From positions 372,001 through 436,000 of the forward strand of contig VJWM01000151.1 in assembly GCA_010909165.1 (NCBI GenBank): a stretch of DNA of 64,000 bases, given 5' to 3'. This DNA is from Anthoceros angustus. Lineage: Eukaryota > Plantae > Anthocerotophyta. Positions 57,840-64,000 of the stretch are shown here, in pieces. A model generated the notes under the pieces. It searched no databases. It had not been told where the DNA came from and saw only the letters and a list, made by a program, of their open reading frames with translations. Both the position numbers and the translations under genes were made by a program. Position 1 is the first letter of the stretch. Every line of letters begins with the position of its first letter.

Positions 57840-60800
57840 TTGTGGACTACGGACTTCCCTGGGGCGTTAGAAAATAGGTAGGGTTTTGTTTTTTTTAGGA
57901 GTAAAGGATAAAATGAGGCGAAAAAGGGGAAATAAGCATGGATAGCACTCCGGACGGCACTCCGGAGTATACTCCGGACTCCGGAGTGAGGAACGTACCC
58001 GGACCTACTATGGTAGGCGCCACGGTAACGGGATAAGTCCGGACCCACTCCAGGACCAGGCAGGATAAGTACGCCAGGAAAGTAACTCAGGAGTTGAGCC
58101 GTGGGAACGGACCAGGCGACGCCACGTGGGCGACTCTGAGTGGAGAACGGGCATGCAGCTGGCCAGGACCGTAACCTTGCCAGAGGCCGTTATAGCAGGT
58201 ATTCACGCCGCGGACTGCGCGGCGGCGTAAGGCCAGAGTACGCGGCGGCGTAAGGCCAGAGTAAGCGGAGGCGTAAGGTCAGAATAAGCCATGCAGACCT
58301 CTGGCGATTCTCAGACGAGGCGCCCTCCGCCCAGGTTACTCCGAAGGAGGCGGCGAAGGAAGGTCATTTTACCGCACCGAGACAATTCTCGCGATCTCTT
58401 GCGCTCCATGATCCGGCTCTGGCGGTATCTCGTGGGACACTCGGGCGTCTTGGCGGCTCACGTTGAGGTCGGGCGTGACAGCAGCAGGCGCAGCGTGCGG
58501 CGGTCTCACAAGCTCGGCCAAGGGAGGAGAAGGCGATGGCACCCAAAAAGCCCGCGAAGTTTGGGAGCCATGGAACCTTGTGGGCGCAACATTGTGACCC
58601 GCGCTATCCGGACTTTGGGCCACAGCTCCGAGGCGGAGAATTGGTGCGGGAGTGGCATTTGGATGTGTTCCGGATAGTGCGGACATTGATAGTGTCACTC
58701 GGTCAGGAGTTCGCCGGAAGATCTTGGCGGTCAATAAGGAGGTGCGGTCCAAGAACCTCGGGAGGACCAAGGCGATGGACCTTGGAGGTCTGAGGGCCTA
58801 CAACCGCCCAAGGAGGAAGAGGGGAGTGGTGCGGGCCCCTCAAGGCGAAGGGAAGATAGGGCCGCACAGCGATGCCGAGGCTCGACGCAGGACCACCAAC
58901 GGTTGGGCGATATCCGACCTTGACAATGAGGCGAAAAGGGCGGCCGATCATTGTCCACTGGAACCTACTCACCAAGGTGGATCACCTTGGTGATAATCTG
59001 ATAGTATTCACGCGCGGGCGGCGGAGGACCAAGGAGGAAGGATTATTTCGCCGGTTTAGCGAGGCTCATAGCTCGGGGCCAGAAGCCTTCTGGCCCCATA
59101 CCGATCCATGTATGGGGGCATTTGAGCTCCTCAAGGAAGGAGAGCTTGAGCGGCGCTCGGGAAAGGCGGAGGCTCGGTGAAGGTGGCCAAGGAGGCGGAG
59201 GGAGGAGGCCGATCGTCGAAAGCCAAGCGGACTCGGGAGGAGGGCGGAGGATTCCTGACTACGCCCTGAACGGACCCCTCACCACCCAGTATGGGAAGAA
59301 ATTCCCGCCTCCCTCCTCTGGTGCCCCAACCAGAGCAGCCCCCAGCAGAAGCCCGACCCCAGCAGCCCACCGGCCACCACTCCTACCGAGGAGGCGGAGG
59401 CTCGGTGAAGGTGGCCAAGGAGGAAGAAGGCGCAAGACCAGCCTGTGCCTCGGTCGGTGCAGTACCCCTTCCCTTGCGGTGGCAAGCGGAGGAAGCGATG
59501 GGAGGCGAAAAGGGCGGCCCGAGGAGGCGGAGGACAGCCGCGGCCACCCGGCAGTCATCGCCCGGCGGAAGGGGCAAAAGGCTTGCTCCGGACTCCCTCA
59601 CCTCCTCCGAGCCCGGGAGAAAAGGCGGAGAAGGGCTCGCGACCAAAAGGGCCAAGGAGGCGGAGGCCGGACGAGCCAAGCGGACTCGGCTCGGGACCTA
59701 AGGGTCCCGATTAGGTCCGAGAACCCAGTCGGACTTACTCGGACAGTATGGAGGTCCTCTGATCGGAGATGCCGCCCCGCCACGGACTTTGTGGGAGCCT
59801 CACGGCGGCCGTGGAAGAAACACGGTCCTGCTACCGCCATGGAGGATCTCGGACTCGGCTCGGGAGGTGGCCAGGAGGCGAGAAGACCTGTGGAGGTAGA
59901 AGCCACCGGGCGCATGGTACTCCTCCGGGAGGCGAGAGGAGGAGCCCAGAGGCGAGAAGGAAGGCCAAGCTCTCGGCGGATTGAGGAGGGAAACGCCGGA
60001 GGCGAGAGGAGGTCTGGTCCATCCGCAGGCCGGACCAAATTCCTTCAGGAGGCACCAAGGTGCCAAGGAGGCCCAAGCGGGCGGAGGACCGCAAGGAGGT
60101 GGCCAGGAGGCGAGCGGTGGCGTGAGCGGAAGCGGAGGAGGCCGATCGTCGAAAGCCAAGCGGACTCGGCTCGGGAGGAGGCCGATCGTCGAAAGCCAAG
60201 CGGAGGCTCGGTGAAGGTGGCCAAGGAGGAGGCCACAGGCCGATCGCGATCACTATCGGCGTGATCGGAACCGGTGGAGGGAGGCGGCCAGAGAGGCCAA
60301 TCCGAAGGCGAGCGGTGGCGTGAGCAAGCACGGACAAGCCGGCACGGCCAGAAATCGGGACCTCGGGGCCACAGAGAGGTAGAAGGGAGGCGGAGGAGTT
60401 GGAGGACAAGAAGGACACCTTGGAGTTACAACCAAGACACGGAGCAAGGAATTCTCAATGGGAGAATCCGGGACTTGACGGAGATAGGCGCCTCCGGCTC
60501 TGCACGAAGATGGAGGACCGCAAGGAGGCGGGCAAGGCGGAGGCCACGGCCAAGAAGTCGCGACAAGGAGGTGGAGGATCTGACTCAGCCCGGAGGTAGA
60601 AGCCACCGGGCGCATGGTACTCCTCCGGGAGGCGGTTGGAGGGGCCAGGAGGCGAGAAGGAAGGCTCTCGGCGGATTGAGGAGGCGGGAGGCGAGAGGAG
60701 GTCTGGTCCATCCGCAGGCCGGACCAAATTCCTTCAGTGGAGGCGGGAGGTGGAGCAAGGAGGCCCAAGGAGGCGGAGGACCTCTGTGCGGGCGTGGCGC

Positions 60801-63800
60801 GAGGCGAGAGGGCCGGCGCAAGCGAGCAGGCGCGGGATGCGGAGGCGGCCGGACGAGCCAAGCGGAGGCTCGGTGAAGGTGGCCAAGGCGGAGGAGGCCA
60901 CGGCCGATCGCGATCACTATCGGCGTGATCGGGCCGGTGGAGGGAGGCGGCCAGAGAGCCACGGCCAATCGAAGGCGAGCGGTGGCGTGAGCAAGCACGG
61001 ACAAGCCGGCACGGCCAGAAATCGGGACCTCGGGGCCACAGAGAGGTAGAAGGGAGGCGGCGGGAGTTGGAGGCAGGACACCTTGGAGTTACAACTCCAA
61101 GGCAGCGTCGGAGCGGGAATTCTCAATGGGAGAATCCAGACTTGACGGAGATAGGCGCCTCCGGCTCTGCACGAAGATGGAGGAGCGGTGGCGGGCAAGC
61201 GGACCGGCCCAGCTCGCAAGGAGGTGGAGGATCTCGGACTCGGCTCGGGAGGTGGGCGGCGGAGATGGAGGACCGCAAGGAGACTTTGGGCTGCGGCTCA
61301 AACTATCATTGAGAGGAATGGTAGTGCGGGACATGGTGAGCGGCAGGAAATAAACTCGGCTCGGGAGGTGGCCAGGAGGCGGAGGAGTTGGAGCAAGTGG
61401 AGCAGGACGCCGAGATGGAGAAGGGCTCGCGACCAAAAGGGCCAAGGAGGAAGCTCGGGAGCTCGGCCTCGGGACCTAAGGGTCTGATTAGGTCCGGAGA
61501 ACCCGGTCAGGACTTACTCGGACAGTATGGAGGTCCTTGGCGGACCGTGAGATCGGCTCACTCGGACTTTGTGGGAGCCTCACGGCGTGGAAGAAACAGG
61601 CGGGTCCACAGCTACCGTCATGGGTATGCTCTGCAGGGTCTGGGATGGCCGAGAAGACCCGGAGGTAGAAGCCACCGGGCGCATGGTACTCCTCCGGGAG
61701 GCGGTTGGAGGGAGCCAGGAGGCGAGAAGGAAGAAGCTCTCGGCCGGATTGAGAGGAAAGGGAGGAGGAGGTCTGGTCCATCCGCAGGGGCCGGACCAAA
61801 TTCCTTCAGTGGAGGAGCGGTGAAGCGGACCAAGGAGGCCCAAGGAGGACCTCTGAGGCGGAGGCGGCGGGAGGCGGCGGGAGGCGGAGGACCGCAAGGA
61901 GGCGGGCAAGCGGAGGCCGGACGAGCCAAGGTGGAGGCTCGGTGAAGGTGGCCAAGGAGGCGGAGGCCGCACGGCGATCGCGATCACTATCGGCGTGATC
62001 GGGCCGGTGGAGGCGGAGGCCGAGAGAACGGCCCGAAGGCGAGCGGTGGCGTGAGCAAGCACGGACAAGTGAGGCTGGAGGCCGGCCCGAAATCAGGGGA
62101 CCTCGAGTGCAGAGGTAGAAGGAGGCGGCGGGAGTTGGAGGGGCAAGGACACCTTGGGTTACAACTCCAAGGCAGCGTCGGCGGAATTCTCAATGGGAGA
62201 ATCCAGACTTGACGGAGATAGGCGCCTCGGCTCTGCACGAAGATGGAGGCGGGAGGTGGCCAAGGAGGCGGAGGCCACGGCCAAGAAGCGCGACAAGGAG
62301 GTGGAGGATCTCGGACTCGGCTCGGGAGGTGGAGGCGGCGGGGAGATGGAGGACCGCAAGGAGACTTTGGGCTGCGGCTCAAACTATCATTGAGAGGAAT
62401 GGTAGTGCGGGACATGGTCGCGAACGCGACCGGAAATAGAGCGGCCCGCCTGGGGACGGAGCCGAAGGCGATGGAACAGGAGCAGGACGCCGAGATGGAG
62501 AAGAACTGGGTGAAGCCATGATGGTGTTGCCGGCCAAATGCAGGCGGGGAGATGGCGGAGTTATGACAGAATGGACAAGGAGGAGGGCGCCGGAAGGCAA
62601 GAAGCCGTCCACCGAGGAAGTCGGAAGGAGCAGCTGCGTTATGGCGGGCAAGCATGAACCAAGGGAGGAGTTGGAGCAAGGGAGCAACAATGACCCATGG
62701 AGGTGACGAGGCACCGGTACTCGAGAAGCACCCATATCCAACTCAGGTGGAGCAACAAGCGGGCAATGTGCTCCCCGAGCACTATGGCGGGGAGTACGCT
62801 CCGCACGTGGAAGAGGCAATCCAGAAGTGGATTGGACTTTGCCTATTACCACACCGAGCTCCCTGGCTGAGGCCTCTCGCTCACCGCCAATGACGGACCC
62901 CGGAAGGCCTTGAGGGAAGAAGGGGACAAGACAGGACCCTAGGGGCCCTGCTTGAGACGACGGCGGGGAGGAGCCCCAAGAGGAGCGGACGCCGGACCCC
63001 AAGGTAAGTTCACCACCACCCGATCCGGTGGCAGGGTAAGGAGGAGCCAACCCAACCAAGACAAGGGTCGGGGTAAGGAGGAGGACCTAAAGACGAGGTC
63101 CACAGAAGGGGTCCGAGTTGGAGACGGACTAATAAGTGACCGAGGTCCGAACCCGAGACGAGGCCGACCCACGGGACTGGAAATAAACCGACCTTGGAGT
63201 TCAGTTCGGAGTCGAGACCGACCGAGGTCCGGACCGCAAGGAGGAGCCCCGACTTACGCTAGGGAGCGACAGGTGGCCCCACCGAGGGACCCACGGAAGG
63301 CGGGAGGATGATGGTAACGGCGGCCGCCGATCACGAGCCAACCCGACAGTGATTCCGGGAGAAAGGAGGGTCCGCCGCGGATCATCCGATTGCGCGCACT
63401 GTGTGGGAGATTGGACCACCAATCCCAAGGCGAACCCGGACCTTCCACCCCACCGGGCGAGATAGGGGGGAATAGGATGGTAGGCGTCGATTAGGCATAC
63501 CGAAATGGGCCTCAAATAGGGGTGTAAGAAAAGGGCGTAGTATAAGAGGGCCGGGCCTAATAAATCATCTTTCTTGGTGTTGATGCCGCTGTTTGCGCAC
63601 TGTGTGTCTTCGCTAACGTGAGTCCCGAGTCAGCGGTGCACGGCGACCGAGGGATTGATCGTGGTCCCGTGACGACCTAACGGTTGTGGTGTGCAGGAAG
63701 GGTGATCTGGGACCCGTGCGTCGCAGAGCCCGCCCAAACGGACCGAACGTGGAGGAGGACTCGGAGGGCGCAGGACGAGAGGCCCGGAACGACGAGGAGG

Positions 63801-64000
63801 TCCTGACGTAACCCGCGCCTTTTCTTAAGACCGAGTGTAGCGAGAGAGGAGGGAGAGAGGTGAGAGACGAACGAACGAACGGACGCGAACGGTCCTTAAA
63901 CGCTTGGCCATACCGGCCTCGACTACGCTAGTAGTTAGGCGCGTAGGACCGAGTGGACGAGTAAGACGAGAATCACCAAACGCCGCAAACGGAGCTATCA
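57840..64000 (+). mobile_element. Unclassified GC-rich repetitive element (probably retrotransposon-associated) interrupting the Copia pol
   Basis: Abrupt compositional shift after the integrase linker, 23-bp repeats x3 at about 58217-58285, and a frameshifted ORF from MAPKKPAKF (58536) to about 62893. No RT, integrase or transposase motif was recognised. Confidence 0.45.
59165..62400 (+). repeat. Degenerate higher-order tandem array (about 0.65-1.1 kb units) of G/A-rich submotifs
   Basis: GGAGGCTCGGTGAAGGTGGCCAAGG recurs near 59170, 59397, 60205, 60865 and 61935. GATCGCGATCACTATCGGCGTGATCGG, GGTCTGGTCCATCCGCAGG and GGACTTTGGGCTGCGGCTCAAACTATC also recur in register. Confidence 0.88.

Noticed and set aside
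59122-62706. The many overlapping ORFs on both strands as separate genes
   Set aside because: Produced by a low-complexity GC-rich repeat with few stop codons plus indel noise.

Overview
Eukaryotic nuclear DNA from a seed-free land plant, most consistent with a hornwort such as Anthoceros (inferred from compact genes, introns of about 75-210 bp, WW-type PLS-PPR genes and a plastid peptidoglycan enzyme). Host genes: a P-class PPR running off the left edge, two paralogous intronless PLS-E(+) PPRs, RPS7, a secreted single-DUF26 protein, a lytic murein transglycosylase (MltB-like), a BTL1-like mitochondrial carrier, two orphan membrane-protein ORFs and a disrupted helical-domain plus TKL kinase gene. 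There is also a tRNA-Arg(ACG)-like copy with a genome-encoded CCA. About half of the window is transposon-derived: a full-length chromoviral Gypsy element (CTATC TSD), a PIF/Harbinger (TCA TSD), a CRE-like non-LTR fragment, an inverted-repeat-bounded element of unknown class, and a Copia interrupted by a MULE-in-MULE nest and by a GC-rich element with a long repetitive ORF. The least-explained signals are (i) a non-PPR N-terminal cassette shared by both PLS-PPRs and found as two orphan copies, (ii) the MLKL/4HB-like helical kinase, and (iii) the 42.6-46.4 kb repeat element. Repeats show patchy 1-2 bp indels while host genes are clean. This suggests uncorrected long-read errors, so frameshifts inside TEs are not proof of decay. 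All alignments were done by eye and no database searches were run.
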